Assembly: GCA_934183155.1 (NCBI GenBank)
Contig: CAKPSB010000003.1
Location: forward strand, 3,818 to 67,817
Source: an uncultured Bacilli bacterium
GTDB lineage: Bacteria > Bacillota_I > Bacilli_A > RF39 > UBA660
DNA length: 64,000 nt
Direction: 5' to 3'
Shown here: piece after piece, positions 9,186 to 19,339 of the stretch
Layout of the letters: the number at the start of each line of letters is the position of its first letter
Position numbering within the stretch: position 1 is the first letter of the stretch
Position numbers and translations under genes: made by a program
The notes under the pieces: generated by a model
Databases searched by the model: none
What the model was told of the DNA's origin: nothing
The model's input: only the letters and a program-made list of their open reading frames with translations

Positions 9186-10631
9186 CTATAAAGTCTTATA
9201 TAATTTATATTTTTTTAAAATTAAAAATAACATATCAAAATTAATTATTTGAAGATTATCAATTGCATCCTTGTTAGAATGAAGATGAACTCTCATAAGT
9301 CTATACTTAACTACCGTATCCAACGTTAACTGCATATTTATAATATTTAAATTATCAACAAGATCTTCTTCATATGTATGCATATTCTTTTTAACTAATA
9401 TTGGATTATCTACTACACTTTTAATACTTAATTTTACTTCGTCCTTTTTTGAAATTGCATTAACAAGATCACTAGACTTAATAATTCTTGGTTTAACACT
9501 TATAACTATTTTTTCAGGTTTTAGCAAATCAGGCTTCTTTTTTATATCAATATTATCTAAATTTAAACCAGCCAAATCAGTAGATTCTTTTAAAATACTC
9601 TTAGTTTTAGATGATTTATTATTCCTATATGAATCTTTTTCTAAGCCCTCAGAAGGCTTTAAATTAAATATTTTATCAAAAGAAGATACTTTCTTATCAG
9701 TTTTCAAAGGATTCTCTGTTTTCAAAACAAATTCCCTTTCAGCAAGCATCTCAGAAGGCTTAACAATTATTTTTGGACTTACAACCGGTTTTGCTTTAAA
9801 AATAGAGATATTATTTTCTTTTAAAAGGATTTCTTTATCATTTAATTTTTCCGTTGGCTTAATTATAATTTTAGAATCCTTTTTATTAGAAACAGGTGTA
9901 TTTAATTTAACAGCTTCTAATTTTTCAATATCAAATTTAAACGGTTTTAATTTCAACTTATTTGATTTTTTAGAAACTACATTTATATAACCAACTTTAG
10001 AATTATCAATTTTTAAAGTTTTTATAGGCATTTTTTTATCTTCTAAAGAAATACTCTGACCACGTTTATCTAAAATATCTGTCACTTTATTGATAGCATT
10101 TATAATCAAAATAGCCAAAATTTGAAGTGTAAAAACGCCAATTAAAAGTTGCATTAAAGTTAAAACATCATTATTAACATATAAAGCATTATCTTTATAA
10201 ATATTTATATTTTTAGTTTTAACAATAGTTAATATTAAAACAAATAATAACTGAACTAAAGCAAAAGAAAAAATATTAATAATTTTATTTATCTTATACA
10301 TCTTTTTACTTAAAAAGCTTATCAAAGCAATAATTGAACAAGCAACTACAACAACAAAAAGTGTTATAAAATTAGGAAAATACAATGTCATAAATAAGCC
10401 ATCCATCAAATTATCAAATAATTTAAATATAACATCTCCACCAATATATAAAACAAACAAAATAACTAACAAATATACAATAACAAAAGCTTTTTTACCA
10501 TGTTTTTTCTGTAATAACCATATAATTACTGGGACTAATAAAATTACAATAAAAAGTGGGTGTTCTAAAACATTATTAAAAAACACTTGAATTTTATCAA
10601 TAAGCGACAATTGTTTCATAAACCTTCCCAC
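9186..10631 (-). CDS. Membrane protein with a Lys-rich repetitive C-terminal region
   Basis: 481 aa. About 4-5 N-terminal TM helices. The C-terminus has degenerate KP(S/T)E(K/M)L…-type repeats. It sits 46 nt upstream of clpC. Confidence 0.5.
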   Translation of the reverse strand: MGRFMKQLSLIDKIQVFFNNVLEHPLFIVILLVPVIIWLLQKKHGKKAFVIVYLLVILFVLYIGGDVIFKLFDNLMDGLFMTLYFPNFITLFVVVVACSIIALISFLSKKMYKINKIINIFSFALVQLLFVLILTIVKTKNINIYKDNALYVNNDVLTLMQLLIGVFTLQILAILIINAINKVTDILDKRGQSISLEDKKMPIKTLKIDNSKVGYINVVSKKSNKLKLKPFKFDIEKLEAVKLNTPVSNKKDSKIIIKPTEKLNDKEILLKENNISIFKAKPVVSPKIIVKPSEMLAEREFVLKTENPLKTDKKVSSFDKIFNLKPSEGLEKDSYRNNKSSKTKSILKESTDLAGLNLDNIDIKKKPDLLKPEKIVISVKPRIIKSSDLVNAISKKDEVKLSIKSVVDNPILVKKNMHTYEEDLVDNLNIINMQLTLDTVVKYRLMRVHLHSNKDAIDNLQIINFDMLFLILKKYKLYKTL

Positions 10632-10632
10632 C

Positions 10633-12291
10633 TCACTTTATTAATTTATCACATTTAGGAATTTTTTTTAATACCTTCTGCTTAATTTTTTCAATCATCT
10701 CTGTTCCAACAATATCCGCTAAAGTATTTGACTTATAAGCAACTATAAAATATATTAAAATACCAACAATACCATATAAAGCTATATAAGCCATCGAAAC
10801 ACCCCTAGATACACTATAACATGGAATAAATAATTTTATAATTGCCAAACCAAGCACCATAATAATAGTACACATAATAACTTTTATAAATGTCCTAATA
10901 GTTTTCAAATAACTAATATTAGTTTTTTTCTTAACCTGTTTTAAAAGCCAAATAAGTTCTATTGTATCAATTAAAATATTCAAAGATATTGTAGCATAAT
11001 AAGCTTCCAACCCGATTTTATTAAATAAATTCATCATAGGAATATTTAAAACCATTTTTGCTATCAAAGCTCCAACTAGTGCTGTAATAGTTGCTTTAGT
11101 ATTATTCATTGATTGATTAGTATTAACAGACACCGAACATATAGCTAATGGAATTTGAGATAATATAAGTAAACTAAATATAGAACTATTAAGTTCATCA
11201 AATCCATAAAATACTGTCCATACAGCTTTAGACATAAAACTAATACCAACAGAAAGAGGGATAACTACTAAAAATAAAGTTTGTAAAGCCTGTGTAATTT
11301 TAGCATTAACTTCTTTATAATTTTTAACAGCATAACTTGAAGCTATAGTTGGAATCAAACTAGTAATAATACCCGTAGAAATAGCCATAACAATCATATT
11401 TAGCTTAGAACCCCAAGTTTCAATAACACTAACAACATTCTCACTTATTTTAGCCGTATAACCAAGTCCAACAAGACCTTTAACAACCGTAAAAACATCA
11501 ACCAAAACAAAAACTGACTCTAAAAGTGATATAACCACAAAAGGTAAAGCATAAAAAATAATTTTACGAATCAAATCATTTCTAGTTATTTTTACTTCTT
11601 CAGCTTTTGCTTTTTCATTTCTTTTTAAATCTTTACTTTTTTTAATTTTAATAAAAACATAAAAATAAGCAACTAAAGCTCCAACTGTAGCCCCAAAAAC
11701 AGAAACCCCAACAGCTGTTTTCAAAGATAAATGAAATACTTTTAAAGTTAAAAAACTACCAAATAATATAACAAAAACTCTCGCTAACTGTTCTAAAATA
11801 TCCGCAATAGAAGATACTTGCATAATTTTATGTCCTTGTAAATAGCCTTTAGAAACGCTTAAAAACGGAACAACTAAAATAGCCGTAGATATTATTCTAA
11901 TAACCATTGCAACATCTTCCGTAGTATTGCCACCTTTAACACCGCCAATAATTAAATAAGCAACATCAGGGGCAAAAATAAATAATACTAAAAACGATAT
12001 AACACATAAAATAGATATTATTTTAAGACCAATTTTAAAAGTTCGCTCTTTAGTATGATAAAAACCCATTTCATTATATTCTGACACTACCTTACTCATT
12101 GCAACAGGTATACCAGAAGTTGCTAAATTCAAAAACACATTATAAATAGAATAAGCATAACTATACAAAGCTCCACCTTGAGCACCAATAATTGCATAAA
12201 ATGGAATAACATACACCAAACCTATAACTTTGCAAATAACAATTCCAATAATTGAAATTGCTGCCCCCTTTAAAAAACCAGTTTTTTTCAT
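10633..12291 (-). CDS. MOP-superfamily polysaccharide/lipid II flippase (SpoVB/MurJ-like). Probable start is MKKTGF at 12291.
   Basis: About 14 TM segments. The N-terminus MKKTGFLKGAAISIIGIVICKVIGLVYVIPFY is typical of SpoVB/MurJ-like proteins. Confidence 0.7.
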   Translation of the reverse strand: MKKTGFLKGAAISIIGIVICKVIGLVYVIPFYAIIGAQGGALYSYAYSIYNVFLNLATSGIPVAMSKVVSEYNEMGFYHTKERTFKIGLKIISILCVISFLVLFIFAPDVAYLIIGGVKGGNTTEDVAMVIRIISTAILVVPFLSVSKGYLQGHKIMQVSSIADILEQLARVFVILFGSFLTLKVFHLSLKTAVGVSVFGATVGALVAYFYVFIKIKKSKDLKRNEKAKAEEVKITRNDLIRKIIFYALPFVVISLLESVFVLVDVFTVVKGLVGLGYTAKISENVVSVIETWGSKLNMIVMAISTGIITSLIPTIASSYAVKNYKEVNAKITQALQTLFLVVIPLSVGISFMSKAVWTVFYGFDELNSSIFSLLILSQIPLAICSVSVNTNQSMNNTKATITALVGALIAKMVLNIPMMNLFNKIGLEAYYATISLNILIDTIELIWLLKQVKKKTNISYLKTIRTFIKVIMCTIIMVLGLAIIKLFIPCYSVSRGVSMAYIALYGIVGILIYFIVAYKSNTLADIVGTEMIEKIKQKVLKKIPKCDKLIK

Positions 12292-12298
12292 AAAACAC

Positions 12299-12466
12299 CT
12301 ACCTATAAACAATTAACGCTGAAAAACAATATATTTGTTCTTCAAAAGCAAATGCTGATACCGAAAATTTTATATCAATTATCTCAGGATCTTCTTCTAA
12401 AATAAATTTATTAATAGCATTTTCCAAATCCTTCTCATGACCTTCATCAAAAACTTTTACTTTCAT
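12299..12466 (-). CDS. cse60: Small sporulation protein Cse60-like (55 aa). It is absent from the ORF track because it is under 60 aa.
   Basis: The minus-strand translation is MKVKVFDEGHEKDLENAINKFILEEDPEIIDIKFSVSAFAFEEQIYCFSALIVYR. From memory this matches the Cse60/YteV pattern (VKLFDExHEKDLE…YCFSA.IVY). It has its own RBS (GGTGG), and a terminator hairpin of the upstream gene lies just before it. Confidence 0.5.
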   Translation of the reverse strand: MKVKVFDEGHEKDLENAINKFILEEDPEIIDIKFSVSAFAFEEQIYCFSALIVYR

Positions 12467-12533
12467 TATACCACCATAAACAATATAACAAAAACAGGAC
12501 CATTAAAATGTCAAATAAAGAGGTATGACCTCT

Positions 12534-13745
12534 TTATCTTCTATTACCGTATGCAGAAGTAAAATAAATTCCTCTAGATGGAATATTACTAACCATTATA
12601 CTTGGATTTATTCTTCCAGAATTATTTGTATGAAGTCCATTAAATAAATTTAAATGTACATGCGTACCATAAGCACAACTATCTTCTGAATGAAGACCGC
12701 CCATTGAACCTAATTTAGTATCAGGATAAACCAATTGTCCAATACTAACAGAAACACTAGTCATATGCCAATATGAAGTTGTATAATATCTTCCACTTAA
12801 ATTATGATAAACATAAACAATATGGTTACCACAAGCACCAGCATACCTTGGATAAGTTATATTAACAACCTTTCCAGCCGCTACTGGATAAACACTATCA
12901 CCATGTGTACCATTAGAAAAATCAACACCAGTATGGAATTCACCATCACGTTGACCATATCCACTAGTTACTCTACCTTTATAAATTGGCATATATGTAC
13001 TTCCAGTTATAGAAACCCCGCTACCGCCAGAAGACCCACCACTAATCACCGGCGGACTAATTCTTCGTTGACATTGAGATAAAGTTTCATTACCACTACA
13101 ACCCATTTTCTTTAAATTATTAATTAAACTAATAGTAGTTTTATATTCATCATCCTTAGAAAGCATACCTTCTTGAATTGATTCTATTTGTTTATTAAGC
13201 TTAGCCTCTAAAGCACTAAGCTGTGCTTGTTTACTATTAAGCTCTATCTGTTTATTACTAAGCTCTTTTTGTTTTTCATCAAGTTTTTTTATATCTTCAT
13301 TATATTCGTTAACAAGATTCTCGTTATAATCACCAAGCTGTTCAGCTACCGAAATACGATAAATAAAATCAGTAAAATCAGTCGCACCAAAAATATATTC
13401 TAAATAATTATTACCACCATTAGTAACTTGAACAAATTTCATAATATCTTTCATTTGAGCATTTTTCTTTTCAATATCTTTTTGAATTGTTACTATCTGA
13501 TTTTGAATATCTTTAACTTGACTTTGAATACTAGAAATTTGACTTTCAACTTCTTGTTTTTGTCTAGTTGCTTCATTTCTTTCAGCCTCAGTTAATTCCT
13601 TCTCATTTTTAGCCTTATTATAAGCATCCCTATTAGCCTGAGCTTCAGCATTTAACTGATCAAGCGTTTTTTCCTTAGCTAAACTTATAGGTAAAAATAA
13701 ATTAAATAAAACTAAAGAAACTACAAATAAACTAATTTTTTTCAT
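12534..13745 (-). CDS. Secreted M23 family metallopeptidase with an N-terminal coiled-coil region (EnvC/LytM-like)
   Basis: Signal peptide, then a long heptad-rich region. The C-terminus carries HTGVDFS…HVHLNLF (the HxxxD and HxH M23 motifs). Confidence 0.8.
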   Translation of the reverse strand: MKKISLFVVSLVLFNLFLPISLAKEKTLDQLNAEAQANRDAYNKAKNEKELTEAERNEATRQKQEVESQISSIQSQVKDIQNQIVTIQKDIEKKNAQMKDIMKFVQVTNGGNNYLEYIFGATDFTDFIYRISVAEQLGDYNENLVNEYNEDIKKLDEKQKELSNKQIELNSKQAQLSALEAKLNKQIESIQEGMLSKDDEYKTTISLINNLKKMGCSGNETLSQCQRRISPPVISGGSSGGSGVSITGSTYMPIYKGRVTSGYGQRDGEFHTGVDFSNGTHGDSVYPVAAGKVVNITYPRYAGACGNHIVYVYHNLSGRYYTTSYWHMTSVSVSIGQLVYPDTKLGSMGGLHSEDSCAYGTHVHLNLFNGLHTNNSGRINPSIMVSNIPSRGIYFTSAYGNRR

Positions 13746-13755
13746 TTAAACCACC

Positions 13756-14400
13756 TTATTCTTTTAAAACTTCAACTGATTTTTTATAATCAGGCATATG
13801 TTTTTCAACCGTTTGCCAAAATTCCCTCGAATGATCAAAATGAACAAAATGAGAAAGTTCATGAATAATTACATAATCAATTTCATGAACACCATATTCA
13901 ATTAACTTTGAATTTAAAGTAATTGAATCATCACGTTTATTACAAACGCCCCACCTTGTTTTCATAGATCTTATTTTTAATTTAGGAAAAGGAATATCCT
14001 CATCAAATAAATCATAATTATATGTAAGTCTTTCGTTAAACACCCGTTTTGTCTCTAACTTTAACCATTTTTCTAACATTATATCATCTTTAGTATAAAT
14101 TTTATTACTATCTAACTGTATATCATCAAATGGTACTTTTATTATATCATACTTTTGTCCCAAATAATAAAATGAAGAAGCCTTTTCCATTTTTTTCTTA
14201 GCTTTAGACAATGCTTTTTGTAAAAAAAGCTTTTCATTATCCAAAATTGTTTTTACTTCCCTTTTTGTTGTCAAATAATTAGTTGTAACGCAAATAGTCA
14301 TATCATCTTTTATTTTAATATAAGTATTTTTGTTATTTTTTTTTATAACCAAAACCTTATACGTCTCACCATTTAATTTATAATTAAACATAACTTCCAT
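13756..14400 (-). CDS. YgjP-like M48/DUF45 family metal-dependent hydrolase
   Basis: WGVCNKRDDSITLNSKLI…IIHELSHFVHFDHSREFW. The HExxH is in the DUF45 context. Confidence 0.7.
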   Translation of the reverse strand: MEVMFNYKLNGETYKVLVIKKNNKNTYIKIKDDMTICVTTNYLTTKREVKTILDNEKLFLQKALSKAKKKMEKASSFYYLGQKYDIIKVPFDDIQLDSNKIYTKDDIMLEKWLKLETKRVFNERLTYNYDLFDEDIPFPKLKIRSMKTRWGVCNKRDDSITLNSKLIEYGVHEIDYVIIHELSHFVHFDHSREFWQTVEKHMPDYKKSVEVLKE

Positions 14401-14461
14401 TAAACCACCTACTATAGTTTAGCACATTTTAATAAAGAAAAAAACTTTCTATAAAAGAAAA

Positions 14462-14857
14462 TTATTTTTTTAAATCAGCCGTACAGTGAGGGCATTTAAC
14501 CGCTTTTAAATTAATGTCACTAAAACAATATGGACAAGTTTTACTTGTCTTAACTTCTTTTTTATTAGATTTAATTTTAAATTTATTAATTGTCTTAACC
14601 ATACAAAATAAAACAAAGGCCATAATAATAAAATTAATTAATGCCGAAATAAACGTAGATATAAACCCCGCAACATCTTGCCAACTATAATGGGCCCCAG
14701 CTGTTATAAATTTTAAAATAGGATTTATAAAATTATCTGTAAGTGAACTCACCAATCCTGAAAACGCCGTTCCAATAATTATACCAACAGCCATATCCAT
14801 CATATTACCCTTTAAAGCAAATTCTTTAAATTCATTTAAAAACTTTTTCATAATCAC
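14462..14857 (-). CDS. mscL: Large-conductance mechanosensitive channel MscL with a C-terminal CxxC…CxxC zinc-ribbon tail
   Basis: FKEFALKGNMMDMAVGIIIGTAFSGLV is the MscL signature. The C-terminus is CPYCFSDINLKAVKCPHCTADL. Confidence 0.8.
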   Translation of the reverse strand: MIMKKFLNEFKEFALKGNMMDMAVGIIIGTAFSGLVSSLTDNFINPILKFITAGAHYSWQDVAGFISTFISALINFIIMAFVLFCMVKTINKFKIKSNKKEVKTSKTCPYCFSDINLKAVKCPHCTADLKK

Positions 14858-14912
14858 ACCTCATAAACATTGTAAAAAAAAACATACAAAAATCAATTAT
14901 TTTCATATATTT

Positions 14913-15590
14913 TTATTCTTTAACCTCAAAATATTCTCCAGAATCTAAATACAATATACCTTTTTTATTATTAAACTCTTTAATTATATCTAAATAATCA
15001 TCCAACTTAGAAAACTTATTTAAAGTTAAATAAACTTGATTGCCATCATTCATAGTCAAAAAAAATCTACCATTATCAACCTCATTTGGATCATACTTAA
15101 TTTCTGAAATTCTTTTTATGATTGAATAATCAATACTAGAAATAGCCTTTAAAAATTTAGCATACACCTTATCAGGAACATAATTTATAACCGTTGGAAC
15201 AGAAAAATTATCACTTGTTTCCGTTTTGTCCATTAAAATAGTTTTCTGTTTAGGCAAATAATAAAATAAAGGCAAATTCTCTTTTACTTCTATCACTACA
15301 TTATTTAGACCTCTTTTATACACCTTAGCGGCTTTAATATAAATATCTTTTTCTAATTTATTTTGAACATTCATCGGTATAGTTTTTAAAGCCGATGGAT
15401 AACTTGAAAGACCAGCCTTTTTTATAATCTGCCAATCACTATATATAATATTATTCTTAACGATAATATTATTAATCTTTACATCAGTCAAAAAAGATAA
15501 AATAAGCAATAATATTATCAGCATTAATAACGTTAATAAAATTTTACCAATTTTCAATTTTCTTTTTTTCTTTTTAGCCCCTCGTCCCAA
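14913..15590 (-). CDS. divIB: Cell division protein FtsQ/DivIB (POTRA-containing)
   Basis: Basic N-terminus, one TM helix and a POTRA-like region. It lies immediately downstream of murG, matching dcw synteny. Confidence 0.6.
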   Translation of the reverse strand: MGRGAKKKKRKLKIGKILLTLLMLIILLLILSFLTDVKINNIIVKNNIIYSDWQIIKKAGLSSYPSALKTIPMNVQNKLEKDIYIKAAKVYKRGLNNVVIEVKENLPLFYYLPKQKTILMDKTETSDNFSVPTVINYVPDKVYAKFLKAISSIDYSIIKRISEIKYDPNEVDNGRFFLTMNDGNQVYLTLNKFSKLDDYLDIIKEFNNKKGILYLDSGEYFEVKE

Positions 15591-15611
15591 TTAAATCACC
15601 TATTCTATAAT

Positions 15612-16688
15612 TTAATCAATTATTTTCTTGATATTTTCATATATTATTTCTGTGCTGTTTTTAATTTCCATTTTTTCTAAATTTTTCTTCATTTCACCAC
15701 ATTTTACCCTATCACATATTAATCTATCCGTTGCCTTTGATAAAGTTCTATCTTTTAAATCTTTTTCCTCAATCATAACTGCCGCTTGATTATTTACTAA
15801 ATCTAAAGCATTCAAATATTGATGATTATTAGCTACAAAAGGAGATGGAATTAAAATAGATGGCACTTTAAGTGCAATTATTTCACTTAAAGTAGAAGCA
15901 CCAGCCCTAGAAATCATAACATCAGCCTCTTTCATAATACTAGTTAATCCTTCATAAAATGGTAATATTTTAACATTTGAAGGAAATTCATGTTTTATCA
16001 CATCGTCATAAGAACTTTTTCCAGTAATAAATAAAACTTCATAATTTTTAGCCTTAAAATGTTTAAGTTCACTTTCTAAATATTTACTTACTCTTCCAGC
16101 GCCAAGAGAACCCATAACAATTAAAACTAACTTTTTATTAGGAGTTAATCCAAGCATTTTCTTATCAGCTGCCATAACTCCCTTCGCATCCTCACCACAA
16201 GGATTTCCAGTAACAATTGTCTTATTCTTAGGCATTTTATCCAAAGAAGAAACAAAAGATACGCCAATTAAATCTGAATATTTACTTAAAAATCGATTTG
16301 ATTTCCCAGGAAGCGAATTTTGTTCATGTAAAAATGTCTTATATCCTAATTTTTTGGCGCTAATAATTACCGGAACAGTTACATAACCACCAACACCAAT
16401 AACAATATCAGGATTAAAATCCTTAATTATTTTTCGACATTTTCTAAAAGCTTTAAACAAACATTTAACTGTCTTTACATTTTTAAACAAATGTTTTTTG
16501 TTAAAACCATATATTTCAATTGACTCAAATGGAATACCACGTGCTGGAACTATATCCTTTTCCATTCTATTATGAGTTCCAATATATAAAAACTCACTAT
16601 CAGGTTCTTTCTCCTTTATCTTTTTTATAATAGCCAGTGCCGGATAAATATGACCACCTGTTCCACCCGCACTTATAATAACTCTCAT
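15612..16688 (-). CDS. murG: UDP-N-acetylglucosamine--N-acetylmuramyl-(pentapeptide) pyrophosphoryl-undecaprenol N-acetylglucosamine transferase
   Basis: MRVIISAGGTGGHIYPALAI and GT28 C-terminal motifs. Confidence 0.85.
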   Translation of the reverse strand: MRVIISAGGTGGHIYPALAIIKKIKEKEPDSEFLYIGTHNRMEKDIVPARGIPFESIEIYGFNKKHLFKNVKTVKCLFKAFRKCRKIIKDFNPDIVIGVGGYVTVPVIISAKKLGYKTFLHEQNSLPGKSNRFLSKYSDLIGVSFVSSLDKMPKNKTIVTGNPCGEDAKGVMAADKKMLGLTPNKKLVLIVMGSLGAGRVSKYLESELKHFKAKNYEVLFITGKSSYDDVIKHEFPSNVKILPFYEGLTSIMKEADVMISRAGASTLSEIIALKVPSILIPSPFVANNHQYLNALDLVNNQAAVMIEEKDLKDRTLSKATDRLICDRVKCGEMKKNLEKMEIKNSTEIIYENIKKIID

Positions 16689-16752
16689 ACAATCACATCC
16701 TTATAAATATTATATACATAATTATATTTAACCGCAAGTAAATAAATACATT

Positions 16753-18678
16753 TTAAAAAATCTCATTTTTAATATTGACAATTAACTCTTTCTTTCTCAA
16801 AATACGATGAGATAAAATCATACATATTACAACCATAATTAAACATAAAATAAAACTTAACAAAAGTAATCTATAATCAAAAATTGATATTTTTAATCTA
16901 AAAACCTTACCAACATTTATATATAAAAATTTAAAAATCAAAAGGACAAATGGCAATGCATACAAAAATGATTTCAAACTTATAATTAAACTTTCTATAA
17001 ATAAAATCATTTTTATTCGGCAAAAATGAAGGCCCAAAGAATTTAACGTTGAAAATTCCTTTTTTCTTAACTTTATATTAGCCGAAGTAATATTAAAAAC
17101 AGTCGTTATACAAATAAAAATAATTAACATCATAACCAAAAAAACAAAAATTTTTATAACCAATACAAAATTATTTATAAGTTCTCTTGCTTTTTTTATG
17201 TTACTATAAGTCAATTCAATATTTCTTTTTCTAGCATAGTCATTAAGTAATCTATCTATATCTCGCTTATCGGTTGTAAGATAAGATACTGCCTGATAAT
17301 TAGGGCAAACTGACAAAAACTTCTTATCAGACAAATTTAAAATTAATGTATCACTTTTTAAATGTTCCTTAAATCCAAAAGGTATATTTTTTGTAAGTTT
17401 TACATCTATATTTACATCATTAATCTTAATTTTATTTAAATTTTTAAAAGGTTCATAATTTAATTTAGTAACTAAATTACCATCATTCTTAATTTCCACT
17501 ACCTTATTAACAATTTCATTATTACCTAAATTTGTAATCATCGCATTCATACTATCGTGATACCCTACCTTAAATTTACTTTTAGGAATTTGAACATCAA
17601 CATTACACATTTTAAATACTATAACATTTTTTGCCTTCAACTTTTGACTAATACTCTCTAAATATGAATAATCAGCCACTAAAGAAACATCATATTCAGG
17701 TAAAACAACATAATCATTCAATATATTAAAAGTATATTTCATAAAAATAAAAAAACTATTAAAAAGAAAAATAAAAACAAAAAGGCAAACAATTAAACTC
17801 CTATATTTTTTCTTTTCTCTTTCATAATTTAACAAAGCATAATTAAAAATAAAAAATTTATTTAAATTATAATTATTTTTATAATCATCATAATGCTCAT
17901 AAATAAATGACATAATACTATATTTTCTTATATTTCTAAGAGGTAAAAAAGAAGCAAATATAATAATTAATAACATAAAAAATAGCGAAATTAAGATAAA
18001 AGGTAAATAAATAGATAAAGACAAATCATTAAACATCTCATATAAAAGTTTATTTATAATTTTAATTAAAAAATAATTAAATCCTAAACTTATCATAAAA
18101 CCTACAATTATTCCGGCAATACCTACAATTACCCCTTGATAAAAATATATTTTATATAATTCCCTATTTCCAGCACCACTTATTTTAAACAAAAATATAT
18201 CTTTTTTTTGCTTTCTAATAGAAATATTAAACGAATTATAAATAATTAAAAAAACTGAAATAGATAAAATAAAAATTATACTAATTAATACTTTTTTAAA
18301 TAAATTAAGCATATTTTCTTCCCTACTTATCCCATACAAAGAAAGAAGTTTATTATTATAAACAACCTGATCACACCTATTATATTTACATATTTTTTCA
18401 GTATAAATATAAGTCTTTTTAATGTTTTTAAACTTTATATAATAAGTATCATTACTAACCTTTACAATACTTTGTTTATTTATACTATTTAAACTTCCAA
18501 TTATTTTAACATGATAATCACCAGATGTCTTTATCACCATTTTTATTAAATAACTTCTAAAAGAAGAAAATAAAATACTAATACCAAATAAAAGCATACT
18601 AGACAAAATTATACCAACAAACATAGTAATAGTTTGTTTTTTACTTTTTTTTAAATATTTAATGCTTAATGACAACAT
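16753..18678 (-). CDS. ABC transporter permease, FtsX-like family
   Basis: 641 aa. FtsX-type TM bundles at both ends with a large extracytoplasmic region. It overlaps the ATPase gene (operon). Confidence 0.7.
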   Translation of the reverse strand: MLSLSIKYLKKSKKQTITMFVGIILSSMLLFGISILFSSFRSYLIKMVIKTSGDYHVKIIGSLNSINKQSIVKVSNDTYYIKFKNIKKTYIYTEKICKYNRCDQVVYNNKLLSLYGISREENMLNLFKKVLISIIFILSISVFLIIYNSFNISIRKQKKDIFLFKISGAGNRELYKIYFYQGVIVGIAGIIVGFMISLGFNYFLIKIINKLLYEMFNDLSLSIYLPFILISLFFMLLIIIFASFLPLRNIRKYSIMSFIYEHYDDYKNNYNLNKFFIFNYALLNYEREKKKYRSLIVCLFVFIFLFNSFFIFMKYTFNILNDYVVLPEYDVSLVADYSYLESISQKLKAKNVIVFKMCNVDVQIPKSKFKVGYHDSMNAMITNLGNNEIVNKVVEIKNDGNLVTKLNYEPFKNLNKIKINDVNIDVKLTKNIPFGFKEHLKSDTLILNLSDKKFLSVCPNYQAVSYLTTDKRDIDRLLNDYARKRNIELTYSNIKKARELINNFVLVIKIFVFLVMMLIIFICITTVFNITSANIKLRKKEFSTLNSLGLHFCRIKMILFIESLIISLKSFLYALPFVLLIFKFLYINVGKVFRLKISIFDYRLLLLSFILCLIMVVICMILSHRILRKKELIVNIKNEIF

Positions 18679-19339
18679 TCTTTATGATCTTCCCATCACT
18701 CATAGTAATAACTCTATCAGCCTCTTTAACAAGTGATACATCATGCGTAACCATAATTATTGTTTGTTTATATTTTTTATTATAAAATTTTAAAATTTTC
18801 ATAATTTGTTTACTATTTTTACTATCTAAATTACCAGTTGGCTCATCTGCCAATAATAATTTAGGACGATTTATCAAAGCTCTACCAATACCCGCTCTTT
18901 GCTGCTCACCACCAGATAAATCATTCGGAAAGCTATTTTTTTTATTTAAAATTCCTAAATTTTTAAGTAATCCATCAACCTTAGCATTATCAACTTCTCT
19001 TCCATCAAACAAAGCTGGTAATAAAATATTTTCTTTTATATTTAAAACCGGAATTAAATTATAAAACTGATAAACAATTCCAATAAATTTTCGTCTAAAA
19101 ACAGTTAATTTTTTATTAGTCATTTTAAATATATCATTATTATTTATTAAAACAGTTCCACTTGATGGTTTATCTAAACCACCTAAAAGATGCAAAAGTG
19201 TACTTTTACCACTACCGCTTTTACCAACTATAGCCACAAATTCACCCTTTTTAACATTAAAAGTAACATTATTTAAAGCGCAAAAATTATTTTTACCATA
19301 TGACTTACTCAAATTTTTAACATTTAAAACTTCCATCAT
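18659..19339 (-). CDS. ABC transporter ATP-binding protein (MacB/LolD-like)
   Basis: Walker A GKSGSGKST, signature LSGGEQQR, Walker B LLLADEPT. Confidence 0.85.
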   Translation of the reverse strand: MMEVLNVKNLSKSYGKNNFCALNNVTFNVKKGEFVAIVGKSGSGKSTLLHLLGGLDKPSSGTVLINNNDIFKMTNKKLTVFRRKFIGIVYQFYNLIPVLNIKENILLPALFDGREVDNAKVDGLLKNLGILNKKNSFPNDLSGGEQQRAGIGRALINRPKLLLADEPTGNLDSKNSKQIMKILKFYNKKYKQTIIMVTHDVSLVKEADRVITMSDGKIIKNVVIKH

